Positions 10,245 to 19,664 of a DNA stretch of 64,000 bases are shown in pieces. Below the pieces are notes generated by a model. The model worked only from the letters and a program-made list of their open reading frames with translations. It was not told where the DNA came from and did no database searches. A program made the translations under genes and the position numbers. Source of the stretch: Phycisphaeraceae bacterium (GTDB lineage Bacteria; Planctomycetota; Phycisphaerae; Phycisphaerales; Phycisphaeraceae). The stretch lies in assembly GCA_963674705.1 (NCBI GenBank), contig OY771506.1, positions 2,016,001-2,080,000 of the forward strand, given 5' to 3'. The first letter of the stretch is position 1; the number at the start of each line of letters is the position of its first letter.

Positions 10245-10541
10245 TTACCCTGTATTCCTAAGGTCAGCAGCTATCGCTTGAACGGTGCCGCGGATGGCGT
10301 GTTCGATCTTCGGGGTTGTTGTGACATCTTCCCCGGCATTTTTACGGCGCCACAACTCTATCTGAATAAGGTTGAGCATATCGACGTATGGTGTGCGGAC
10401 ACGGATGGTTCTTTCAAGCCAAGGTGCTTCTTTAAGCAAGCGCGGTTGTCGCTTGATATGCAATACAGCGTGGCGAGCCTTCTTAAACTCGTCTGCGAGT
10501 GCTTGCCAAATTGGTTCAAAGGTTTGGGGTTTGGCTGCTAG
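10245..10541 (-). pseudogene. ppc: C-terminal remnant of phosphoenolpyruvate carboxylase
   Basis: LL...PWLERTIRVRTPYVDMLNLIQIEL...IAADLRNTG*. RNTG is the hallmark PEPC C-terminus. The frame is open back to 10541, where an IS end begins. Confidence 0.85.
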
Positions 10542-10542
10542 T

Positions 10543-11408
10543 TAGAGTGGTCCAAACCGTATTCGGGAAGCTCGCACCAAAAGATAGAGACTAATCCCAC
10601 TGGATCGAGGATTTTTTGTCCCGGATATGTGACACTTCGCGGTGGTATCAGGCGGCGCGAGAAGGTGGGGGAGAGGTCCGGTGCGGATCGGCCTTACTTG
10701 GCGTTGCTCCGGGGGTGGTCCATAATATTGGGCAGTTGTTATTACTGCACTTAGGGGAGTGGAAAAGATGCTGCCGCGTTGGGTGATTGTGTTGTTTGCA
10801 TTGCTTACCGAGGCTTGGTCGGTCCGCCGAGATAACCAGATCCGGTTCCTGAAACTTCAACTCGAACTGTACAAGGGGAAGGTGCCAGGCAACCGTGTGA
10901 TCCTGTCTCCGGAAGAGCGTCGTCGCATGCTTCGGTTGGGCAAAAAGCTGGAGCATCAAGGTAGATGATCTCGTCGGGATCGTGAGTGTCAAGACGTACA
11001 GGCGGTGGTTGCGTGAACAAAAAGAGGGCCGAGAGCCGGGTCGAGTTGGTCGCCGCCGCGTAGTTCCTCCTTCGTTCCGCGCGTTGATCCTTCGCCTGTC
11101 CCGTGAGAACACCGGCTGGGGCGTTCGGCGGATCGTGGGAGAGTTGAAAAACTGGCGCTAAGCGGACGCGGACCAAGGATGCCGGACCTCAATGGTCGGG
11201 CTGGGGCCAACGACCTCGTGGCGGTGAATGAGGCCGGCTTTCGCAAACTACTCACTGGCGGGTCCTATGGGACGATGCCGAATAGATGCTTGGAGCCCCC
11301 GCGTTCGGTCAGCGACCACTTGACAGAGGCTTGCTCATAGATGCCCGACAAATTGAACCGGCCCCAGCAGGCGGTGGTTTTCGCCAAAACTGCAAATGGA
11401 CCACTTCA
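10543..11408 (+). mobile_element. Internally deleted IS remnant (integrase-core transposase type)
   Basis: Left end TAGAGTGGTCCAAACC (also at 16941 and 17048). Right end TGGACCACTTCA (also at 34681-34692). Frameshifted transposase N-terminus from 10759 (QIRFLKLQL...KTYRRWL...LSRENTGWGVRRIVGEL). Confidence 0.75.
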
Positions 11409-11809
11409 AGATCATTTCTTCCATGCTCTGCTGAGCAGCGGTCTTTTTTGACGCGCCGATCGAGCCATATTTGTTCGTTAAGTGAAATTATTAAAAATGC
11501 ATATTATCTCATAAATGATCTTGTAATTTGAATATCAATCAATTAGCCTCTCTTTAATATTTACATAGAATGAAATATTCTATGGTTGTTACGTGCTGTT
11601 ATTCGCTTACAGGATCAACACTTGTGGTAGTACAGCGACAATATCAGGGTCGCTTTTCAAGTCTGGATCAACTCGGAGGATCAGGGTGCTCGGTTACATG
11701 GGGAAGCTAAGAACAGGGGAATCATTAACTACCAGAACATTTCAGATGCTTGCAGGGCGGTGTTGTGTACGAACGTCAATTCACTCACTTGTATAGGGGA
11801 CACCTTTCG

Positions 11810-14800
11810 ATGGTCACAACACGAATGGATCGGATCAGGGGCTTGTTGTCGGTAGCAGCGTTCGCGGTTGCGGGGGCGTGCCTGCCGGGCAACTTGCAGG
11901 CTCAATCGGGGCCGGTGCTTTACTGGCCGATGGATGAGGGCACGGGAACGACGATTGCGGATGAATCGGGCAACAGTAGTGACGCTACGATGCAGGGGGC
12001 TGCGGTCTGGGCTGAGGGTCGGGTTGATATGGGGATCGATCTGACGGATTCGAGCACGGGTGATTACATCATCAAGACTTCGCCGGCGTCATTCCCGACG
12101 ACCGCGATCTCCACCAGTTTCTGGGTGCGCACCACAGACAGCGGTGATGCGCTGACATCCTATGCGACGGGTACTTATCACGACGGCAATATGTGGTTGA
12201 TCATCGACAGTTCCAATGTCAGCCTCTATCGCGGGGAGCACTCGATACCATCAGGCAAAGCGATCAATGACGGCGAGTGGCATCATGTTGTCGTGACCTG
12301 GCGGAATACCGATGGTATGTGCCAGTTGTATGTTGATGGCCGCAGGATCTGGCAATATGCGATGCCGAATTCGATCGGCACGTCGATCGCATCAGGTGGA
12401 ACGCTTATCGTCGGTCAGGAGCAGGACTCGGTCGGAGGCGGATTCGAGGCGTCTCAGAGCTTCGAAGGCGACATGGATGAGTATCGGATATACGACCGTG
12501 TGCTGAGCGCGTCAGAGGTGCAGGATCTTTATGCGGCGGACCTGGGCACGCATCTAATGGTGCATTACCCGGCGGATGAAGGAAGTGGTACGTCGGTCGG
12601 CGATAGCTCGGGCAATGATAACGATGCTGTACTCCAGGGCAGTGTCGCCTGGTCGACCGGGAAGTTTGCTACGGCGTTGGACTTTACCGCGACAGGTATA
12701 GCAGATTACGCGATCAAGAATCCTGTTGAGGTATTCCCCGCGACGGCCATCACGACAACCTTCTGGATCAAGACGACCGACAGCGGCAACGGCATTCTTT
12801 CGTACGCGACGGGGACCTATCACAGCGGGAACGAATGGCTCATCATGAACAGCGACAATCTCCGCATTTACCGCGGGGAGTATTCCATGGCCGCCGGAGA
12901 ATCTGTCAATGATGGCAGTTGGCACCATGTCGGTATTACCTGGCAAAGCAGTGACGGCAATACACAGATTTATATTGACGGTGACTTGGAAGCTGAAGGC
13001 ACTTTGGCGCAAGGGACGATGATCCCCAGCCATGGTTCGTTGGTGCTGGGGCAGGAGCAGGACAGCGTTGGGGGCGACTTTGAATTGTCACAAGCGTTTG
13101 AAGGCGAACTCGAAGATGTCCGCATCTACAGCTATGTGCTGAGTCGTGAACAGATTCAAGACACCATGGCAATCGGAGGAAGCGGACCTGCGAATTATGT
13201 CTACGGGATGTGGAACTGGGATCAGACAATCCTCGGCGACAACGAACGCATCGAGGAGCTTGTGCAGTTCTGCCTGGATCTGGGCATTACCGAGATCGGC
13301 TTCACGTTGAACTGGAACGAGCCGTTTGTTGAAAATCCGAACAATATCCCGGCGCTTGAAGACATGCTGACACGGCTTCATGCCAACAACATCAAGGTCG
13401 AGATGCTGGCCGGCAACTCCAACTGGATTTATCACTACGACCAAGGCCCGTTGCAGGGCAAGCCGGTGGGCGGTGAAGGTTACGACTTCGGCCGAAAACT
13501 ACTGGAGCGTTTCGTCGAGTATCAGAACGAGCGATATCTGACTCATCCCGAGCAGTGCTTCGATGGTGTGCGTCTTGATGTCGAACCACACGGTTTAAGG
13601 CCACCGGTCACCAATGGAGAACTCGCTACGGATGACCCGCGTCGTGTGGCCGGTGGAGACGACGCGGTCGCCGTGTCTGGATTCGACACCGAGCCTTATC
13701 TGTACATTACCTGGGATCCGGACTTTGTGAACGGTGATGGATTACCGGATGGTGCCTATACAGAGACTTCGGTTGCTGAACGTAACGAGATCATGCTCCG
13801 TTTCTGGGACGCGCTGAAGCGTTACAAAGCGATATTACAAGATGACCAGGGGACCGGGCATATCACCAACAATCCGCAAGCGGTTGCTCAGTTCCTTCAG
13901 ATGTCCACCGACCAAGTCCCTTGGTACTGGACGATCGGTGTTCAAGATGAAGAGGGCATAGCACTGATCGATGCCAACGGTGATCCGTTACCGGGTAATC
14001 CGGGCCACGCCATGGTCGACCATGACGGCGATGCCGGCACGCCGGATATTGAAGTATTCAAGGCGGCGCTGAGTGTGCCAGACAAGGTCGCACTCATGGG
14101 TTACCGCGATCATTATGAAGACTTCGATCCGGATACCGGGGATTTGCGCTGGTGGCGAGGCGTTAAGCAATGGAACGAAGGAGACACTGGTGAAGCGCCT
14201 GTTGGTGGGCCGCGCGGAGCTTTGCCGTTCCTTCAGAGTATCAATAAACCGACCAGCGTTGGCTTGGAGTTCATCTCCGAGTGGGCATTGGGTTTCAACA
14301 GTGATTACGTAACCTATTACAACGATCCCTACGTGCAACTTAAGAACACAATCGCCCAGGTCGGCGACGAGTTGGAAACCTTATATCCAACCATTCGTGG
14401 TATTCGATACCACGAGTATTACGAACCTTTGCCGGGTAAACCAGCGGAAGCGGGGCAGATATTCGAGACCTTCTCTACATGGGTTAATGACGAACTGTAC
14501 ACCGCAGGCAACCTTGCCGATTGGCAGGCTTTCCATAACGTGACGCCCAATCAGACGCCCACGCTCCCCGCTTTGGAGAATGTCCCGGTCGTTACAGATC
14601 CTGATGCGTTAACGCTGACATTGGAAGGCGGCAGCAACGACTTCAGCCCGGGCCCGGGTAAGAGTGGGTATATCAAAGCGACCATCAATGGTCTGCCGAC
14701 GGGAACAAGTGCTGACGACTTCTACATCGTCGCCCATGTGAAAGTGCTTGGCGACACCAATTACTTCCAAGGCGGCCACGGCATCACCGAAGATATCGGC

Positions 14801-16684
14801 AGCTTGCTGAAAGAAGACAACGGTGCCGTCGATGCCAGCGGTTTCTTCCATGTCGCACCGATCCGCATCGGGGATATCTCCGTCGCCAAGATCGTGTGGT
14901 GGCTCGATCTTTACAACGCCAACGGCCACTTCATCCGCCGCTTCGTGCTTGATCCTAACGATCCGGACGATCCGACGCTGAAGACCGATCGTTTCTACGA
15001 TCCGCAGGACCCGTTGAACATTGACGTTCAAGGCTTGCTCCCGACGCCGATTGACCTGACGTTCAGCAGTATCACTGTGAATAATGTGCAGAAGGTTGGT
15101 GGAACGATCAGCGGTACGGTGACGGGCTTCCCGCAGGGGACGGATATCGCCAATGAATATCATGTGCGAACGTGGGTCCAATTACTACAGGATGGGATCG
15201 ATGCCGGCCTTCCGGCTGAAAACTTCCCGAACGATACGAATCCTAACTGGCGGGCTGAGCAGAACGGGTGGTCTGTACTGGACTACGATGTCGAACTGGA
15301 CAGCAATGGTAACTTTACAGCTGTTAACGAACGGCCGATCAATCCGACCGGTGATTCAGCCAGCTATGGAGAAACCAACGGCACCTACAAGATACAGATC
15401 AGTGTCCATACCAACGGTGATGATGGTATGGCACGGCTCGGTTTCCCGACAGCAGAGTCGCCGAATGATGGGATGAAGCCGACCATCTCTCGCTACCTGG
15501 ACATGGACTTCTCCATCGTTGATTCGATGGATGGAGACGAAGCAGTTTCCGCGGGTGTAGATCACTTCGATGCGGGTTACGAGGTTGGCGCACACTTTAT
15601 CGGTGTGGATTCACTCAACGGCAAGATATCGGGCAATGTGAAAGGGCTCTCGCCGACAGGTACGTATACCGTGCGTGCTTGGATCGAGTTCCAGGAGTAT
15701 GACCGCAACATCTGGCACATCCGTTGCCCTGTCGTAGCGATCGCTGACAACGACACCGGCTACTTCGAGTTGCCCGTGGATGTCACACAATTGATTCCCA
15801 GTGTGCCGGCCGGTGATGGTATTACTGTTGCAAGCCCGCGTAATGTCTGGATCTCTGTGCATGATGACACGATGGACCTGAACCAGTTCCCCGAGATATC
15901 AGCAACGGACGGTAATCCAGAAGGCAGTAACCCACCTGATGTGACCGTCGATAATGACGATTGGATGGGCAGGTTCTTCCATATGGATGATTCATTCGTC
16001 TACTACGAGGGTTTCCGGCCGGATACCGATACGAGTGTTCCCACATCGGCGCCTGCTCAAGCCACTTCGCCTGCTGCAAGTGCGATTGATTCGTCTTCGA
16101 TCGAGCTGAGCTGGAGTCATTCCTCCAGCAGTTCAAACGAGGAAGTCGGATTCAAGATCGAAAGACAGAGCGGGACAGATCCTTTTGTTGAGATCGCAAA
16201 GATTCATGGTGGCGAACTGACAACGTTCAGTTATGAGGACACCGGCCTATCGGCATCGACAACTTATGTCTATCGGGTCACGGCGTTCAATGACACGGGC
16301 AACTCACCGATATCAGCAACCGCAACAGAGACAACGCTCCCCGCAGGACCGCCATCGCTTCCAGGTGTGACGTGTGTGACCGGTGGGATGAGCGGCCGAG
16401 TTGAAGGGCGCATCCTCAATATGCCTGGCGGCAATTACAACGTCAGGACATGGGTGAAGTCTGACATCTATTACAAGCAAGGTGTAGACACCGCTCCGGA
16501 AGCCGATGGCAACTTCAATGCGCCACACCTGTGGGCATCAAGCGGCAGTCAGGTCTATGTGACGCTGCATCCTGATGCGGATGATCCGTGGGGCTCGAGT
16601 GATGCGGCAAATATCAGTACCGGTAATTGGCCGACAAGCCTGGGCAGTAATGTAGTGGTTTTTGGTCCGTTCACTGTGCCATAA
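11810..16684 (+). CDS. Giant secreted protein: 2x pentraxin/LamG, putative TIM-barrel glycoside-hydrolase-like domain, repeated beta domains, FN3
   Basis: Signal peptide (...AGACLPGNLQA). Two WHHV..TW...GQEQDSVGG.FE.SQ.FEG domains. FDGVRLDVEPH and VALMGYRD. FN3 (IELSW...GFKIER...YEDTGLSASTTYVYRVTAFN). Confidence 0.85.
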   Translation: MVTTRMDRIRGLLSVAAFAVAGACLPGNLQAQSGPVLYWPMDEGTGTTIADESGNSSDATMQGAAVWAEGRVDMGIDLTDSSTGDYIIKTSPASFPTTAISTSFWVRTTDSGDALTSYATGTYHDGNMWLIIDSSNVSLYRGEHSIPSGKAINDGEWHHVVVTWRNTDGMCQLYVDGRRIWQYAMPNSIGTSIASGGTLIVGQEQDSVGGGFEASQSFEGDMDEYRIYDRVLSASEVQDLYAADLGTHLMVHYPADEGSGTSVGDSSGNDNDAVLQGSVAWSTGKFATALDFTATGIADYAIKNPVEVFPATAITTTFWIKTTDSGNGILSYATGTYHSGNEWLIMNSDNLRIYRGEYSMAAGESVNDGSWHHVGITWQSSDGNTQIYIDGDLEAEGTLAQGTMIPSHGSLVLGQEQDSVGGDFELSQAFEGELEDVRIYSYVLSREQIQDTMAIGGSGPANYVYGMWNWDQTILGDNERIEELVQFCLDLGITEIGFTLNWNEPFVENPNNIPALEDMLTRLHANNIKVEMLAGNSNWIYHYDQGPLQGKPVGGEGYDFGRKLLERFVEYQNERYLTHPEQCFDGVRLDVEPHGLRPPVTNGELATDDPRRVAGGDDAVAVSGFDTEPYLYITWDPDFVNGDGLPDGAYTETSVAERNEIMLRFWDALKRYKAILQDDQGTGHITNNPQAVAQFLQMSTDQVPWYWTIGVQDEEGIALIDANGDPLPGNPGHAMVDHDGDAGTPDIEVFKAALSVPDKVALMGYRDHYEDFDPDTGDLRWWRGVKQWNEGDTGEAPVGGPRGALPFLQSINKPTSVGLEFISEWALGFNSDYVTYYNDPYVQLKNTIAQVGDELETLYPTIRGIRYHEYYEPLPGKPAEAGQIFETFSTWVNDELYTAGNLADWQAFHNVTPNQTPTLPALENVPVVTDPDALTLTLEGGSNDFSPGPGKSGYIKATINGLPTGTSADDFYIVAHVKVLGDTNYFQGGHGITEDIGSLLKEDNGAVDASGFFHVAPIRIGDISVAKIVWWLDLYNANGHFIRRFVLDPNDPDDPTLKTDRFYDPQDPLNIDVQGLLPTPIDLTFSSITVNNVQKVGGTISGTVTGFPQGTDIANEYHVRTWVQLLQDGIDAGLPAENFPNDTNPNWRAEQNGWSVLDYDVELDSNGNFTAVNERPINPTGDSASYGETNGTYKIQISVHTNGDDGMARLGFPTAESPNDGMKPTISRYLDMDFSIVDSMDGDEAVSAGVDHFDAGYEVGAHFIGVDSLNGKISGNVKGLSPTGTYTVRAWIEFQEYDRNIWHIRCPVVAIADNDTGYFELPVDVTQLIPSVPAGDGITVASPRNVWISVHDDTMDLNQFPEISATDGNPEGSNPPDVTVDNDDWMGRFFHMDDSFVYYEGFRPDTDTSVPTSAPAQATSPAASAIDSSSIELSWSHSSSSSNEEVGFKIERQSGTDPFVEIAKIHGGELTTFSYEDTGLSASTTYVYRVTAFNDTGNSPISATATETTLPAGPPSLPGVTCVTGGMSGRVEGRILNMPGGNYNVRTWVKSDIYYKQGVDTAPEADGNFNAPHLWASSGSQVYVTLHPDADDPWGSSDAANISTGNWPTSLGSNVVVFGPFTVP

Positions 16685-16718
16685 CTGGTTTATGTTTGAC
16701 CTCCATATTTCCCTTTCA

Positions 16719-16746
16719 GCGGGGGCCCTGCGGGGCTCCCGCCTTT
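16719..16746 (+). terminator. GC-rich hairpin after the giant gene, possible terminator
   Basis: GCGGGGGCCC-tgcg-GGGCTCCCGC followed by CTTT; the U tract is short. Confidence 0.45.
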
Positions 16747-16835
16747 CGCGTTTCACGGCAAGCGATAAAAGATATGAAAAGCAAGCCAACCTTCTTTGCG
16801 TTCTGCCTTTTGATCCTGTTGCCGGCTACGGCATG

Positions 16836-16943
16836 GGTGACCAGGCCGGCGCCACCGCCGCCACCCTCTACAGCCTGATCGCCAGCGCCGAACGCCAGAA
16901 CTTCGACCCCCAACGCTACCTCACCAGCGTCCTGGCCAACTAG
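16836..16943 (+). pseudogene. IS66-family transposase C-terminal fragment
   Basis: GDQAGATAATLYSLIASAERQNFDPQRYLTSVLAN matches the IS66 C-terminal pattern (A..YSLI.S......DP..YL..VL). Cut by the IS end at 16941. Confidence 0.75.
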
Positions 16944-17140
16944 AGTGGTCCAAACCCTCTTCGGGAAGCCGGGTATGATTTTTTTGTGGTGCTGGCCCGG
17001 TGAATTTCAGATTTCTTTAAGACAAATCGGGGGTGTTTGGGGTGTGGTAGAGTGGTCCAAACCCTCTTCGGGAAGTCGGGTATGATTTTTTTGTGGTGCT
17101 GGCCCGCTGGATTTCAGATTTATTCAAAAAGATTTGGGGG
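16941..17140 (+). repeat. Tandem, diverged duplication of an IS left end
   Basis: TAGAGTGGTCCAAACCCTCTTCGGGAAG(C/T)CGGGTATGATTTTTTTGTGGTGCTGGCCCG at both 16941 and 17048 (107-bp offset). Confidence 0.9.
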
Positions 17141-17560
17141 TGCTTCAGCGGGAACCAGTGGGGCGAAGGGGGCCAGGCAAATCGGCATCGACTGGCAATC
17201 CGCCGGGGGTGGTCCATAATGTTGGGCACTTGCCAATACTGGACTTAGGGGAGTGGAGAAGATGTTGCCGCGTTGGGTGTTTGTGCTGTTTGTATTGCTC
17301 AGCGAGGCCTGGTCGGTCCGTCGAGATAACCAGATCCGGTTTCTGAAACTCCAACTCGAACTGTTTAAGGGGAAGGTGCCGGGCAACCGTGTAATCCCGT
17401 CGCCGGAAGAGCGGCAGCGGCTGATTCGGTTGGGCAAAAAGCTGGAGCATAAAGTAGATGATCTCGTCGGGATCGTGACTGTCAAGACCTACAAGCGCTG
17501 GCTTTGAGAAGAGAAGGCGGGTCGGGCTCCGGGTTGCGTAGGCCGACCGCGCCGGATGGC
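17048..17560 (+). mobile_element. Left part of an IS with a truncated transposase (same type as 10543)
   Basis: ORF 17253-17507 MEKMLPRWVFVLF...KTYKRWL* is near-identical to the 10759 ORF. Premature stop; similarity fades near 17560. Confidence 0.8.
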
Positions 17561-17672
17561 GGGCAACACATATATAATCCGGTTGCAGCATTCTTTGATC
17601 GGCGGCGCTCAAACACACCCACAATTCAGATGATGATCTATCTGTACAGCGAGGGTATCAGGGTGGGAAGGT

Positions 17673-17698
17673 AACCCATCTGACATGTCAGATGGGTT
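17673..17698. promoter_or_regulatory. Perfect 26-bp palindrome, candidate GntR operator
   Basis: AACCCATCTGACA|TGTCAGATGGGTT. A related site ACTGACATGTTAGA (17796-17809) overlaps the gntR start codon. Confidence 0.6.
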
Positions 17699-17766
17699 CA
17701 GACAGAGTATTGTGCTGGCTTTCGTCGTCATTTTCCTTTTAAAAGAGCTAATATTACTGAAATACA

Positions 17767-17795
17767 TTGACATTTATATATTGGTACTGTATTTT
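17767..17795 (+). promoter_or_regulatory. sigma70-type promoter of gntR
   Basis: TTGACA (17767-17772), 17 bp, TATTTT (17790-17795). The ATG follows after 6 nt. Confidence 0.55.
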
Positions 17796-17801
17796 ACTGA
17801 C

Positions 17802-18602
17802 ATGTTAGATGTAATCGATAAACGAACTGGGGATAAGTTGAGCGACAGGGCCTATCGCTATATCTGCCAGCAGATGCTGCAGGGGCGGGTGGTTGCAGGG
17901 TCGCGGCTGAGTGTCGGAATGCTGGCGAATGAGATCGGGATTAGCCGAACCCCGGTTTCCGAGGCTCTGAAACGCCTAGAGTTGGAGCACGTGGTGGAGC
18001 GCGTGCCGAGGGTTGGCACGATCGTTCGCCGACCCTCTGTTGATGAGATTGGCGATTTATACGACCTGCGTGAGATGCTGGAGTCGTACGCCGCGGCGTG
18101 TTCGGCCAGGCGGTCGAACGCGGAGCAGGTCCGGCAGTTGGGCGAATTACTGGCGCAGCTCCGGCAGTTATGCGTGGACCTGCGTAACTCTGAAGAATCT
18201 TATCTCACCACGAAGCAGACCCAGCGTTTTCTTGCGCTGGATATGGCGTTTCACGCGATTATCCTTCAGGCGGTCCGCACGCCGCATGTGCGTCGGATTA
18301 TTGAGGATACGCGTGTCTTCACGACCATCTTCTGCACCCGCCGCGAGGATTACTACGACTTGTCGGTGATTGCCGGGGTTTATCTATGGCACGGCCGTAT
18401 CTATCGCGCTATACGGCGTGGTGATGACATTGTCGCACGCAAAGCTATGGCGGAGCACTTGCGTGTGGGGCGTGAGGGTGCCCTGAAGTATCTCAGGCGT
18501 CACCAGGGCCAGGAAGATTCGGTGGATGTGGATTTAAAAGCATACCTTCCCGACGGTATGCGCAGTCTGGTTGATGACGAGGATGAAGATAGTTCTCGGT
18601 GA
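17802..18602 (+). CDS. GntR family transcriptional regulator (FCD domain)
   Basis: LANEIGISRTPVSEALKRLE HTH; LYDLREMLE; DMAFH..I; H..I..AI..GD...A...M..H. Confidence 0.93.
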   Translation: MLDVIDKRTGDKLSDRAYRYICQQMLQGRVVAGSRLSVGMLANEIGISRTPVSEALKRLELEHVVERVPRVGTIVRRPSVDEIGDLYDLREMLESYAAACSARRSNAEQVRQLGELLAQLRQLCVDLRNSEESYLTTKQTQRFLALDMAFHAIILQAVRTPHVRRIIEDTRVFTTIFCTRREDYYDLSVIAGVYLWHGRIYRAIRRGDDIVARKAMAEHLRVGREGALKYLRRHQGQEDSVDVDLKAYLPDGMRSLVDDEDEDSSR

Positions 18603-18688
18603 TCCGGTGGTTGATATTGCGGATTGTCTGAGTGTTGTTGATGTGTGTCGGATTGATTGCTGGGGGCAGTAACTTGGAGGTGTGTTGT

Positions 18689-19537
18689 ATGTCTTCGTTG
18701 AGGCTTAAGAATGTGTGCCGGGGTCGCGGGTTTACATTAATCGAGTTGTTGGTGGTGATCAGCATTATTGCGTTGCTAGTGGGGATCTTGTTGCCGGCCC
18801 TGGGGGCCGCGCGTGCATCTGCGATCAACGCGAAGTGCCTGTCCAATGTGCGTCAGGTGGCGACCGCGATGATCACCTATGAAGTAGATCATCGTCGGCT
18901 CCCGGCTCATGTCAACGAGTATCTAAGCCCCATGCCTTGGGGGCATCAGTTGAGCTTGCCGGGGTATGGTCCTGATAACCCTCGAGATACCCGTGTCCTG
19001 CTTAAGCCTTATCTTGGGACGGCGAACTTTCTTTCTTGTCCTTTTCTAGATGAGTTTGATCGCTCTTTGTCTACGTACGAGTCCGGATACTCTCGCGTGT
19101 ATGGTGACTATATCCTGGTGCCGGGCTACTACCAAGACCATGAACCCGGTGAGAACTGGGATTACTACAAAAAGGAAACGTTCTGGATTCGTAGTGATGT
19201 CCGCTGGATCTATGAGGATTATGAGGTTAATGCCTTGGTGGGTGATATGTTCTTTCGTGTGAGTAGCAACGGGGAGGTACGAGTTAATCATACGCGGGGT
19301 GTCGACGGATTCAGGCTGGAATATCACGTCCCGACCAGCTCAAGCGATTACGCGGATACATATTACATCGGCACCTTCAGCAACGAAGATGTTCGCGACA
19401 AGCTTTCCGCCAACTTTGCCATGAAGGATGGCTCAGCCTCGACACAGCAAGGTAGTGATGAGGTGATGTGTGACCTTGAGGTTCCGCGTATGGATCTGGC
19501 ATCGACGTGGAGCAACCGCATGCCTGTTCAGAAGTAG
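18689..19537 (+). CDS. Prepilin-type N-terminal cleavage/methylation protein (DUF1559-like)
   Basis: [29 protein letters not shown]...CLSNVRQ; C-terminal H...[10 protein letters not shown]. Confidence 0.9.
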   Translation: MSSLRLKNVCRGRGFTLIELLVVISIIALLVGILLPALGAARASAINAKCLSNVRQVATAMITYEVDHRRLPAHVNEYLSPMPWGHQLSLPGYGPDNPRDTRVLLKPYLGTANFLSCPFLDEFDRSLSTYESGYSRVYGDYILVPGYYQDHEPGENWDYYKKETFWIRSDVRWIYEDYEVNALVGDMFFRVSSNGEVRVNHTRGVDGFRLEYHVPTSSSDYADTYYIGTFSNEDVRDKLSANFAMKDGSASTQQGSDEVMCDLEVPRMDLASTWSNRMPVQK

Positions 19538-19664
19538 ATGTTAAAGCGGATGTGTCCGCTTGTGTGTTGATCTTTCCGGGAGTGATATATGTACCGGCCG
19601 ACAGAACGAGCTGGTGTCGTTGCGAGAACTCTTAATCAATCTTATATCGCAGAATTGGAGGAAT

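Noticed and set aside
16941..17140. Possible CRISPR array or attC-like repeats
   Set aside because: Only two long diverged units with no spacer pattern and no cas genes; the sequence matches the IS end at 10543.
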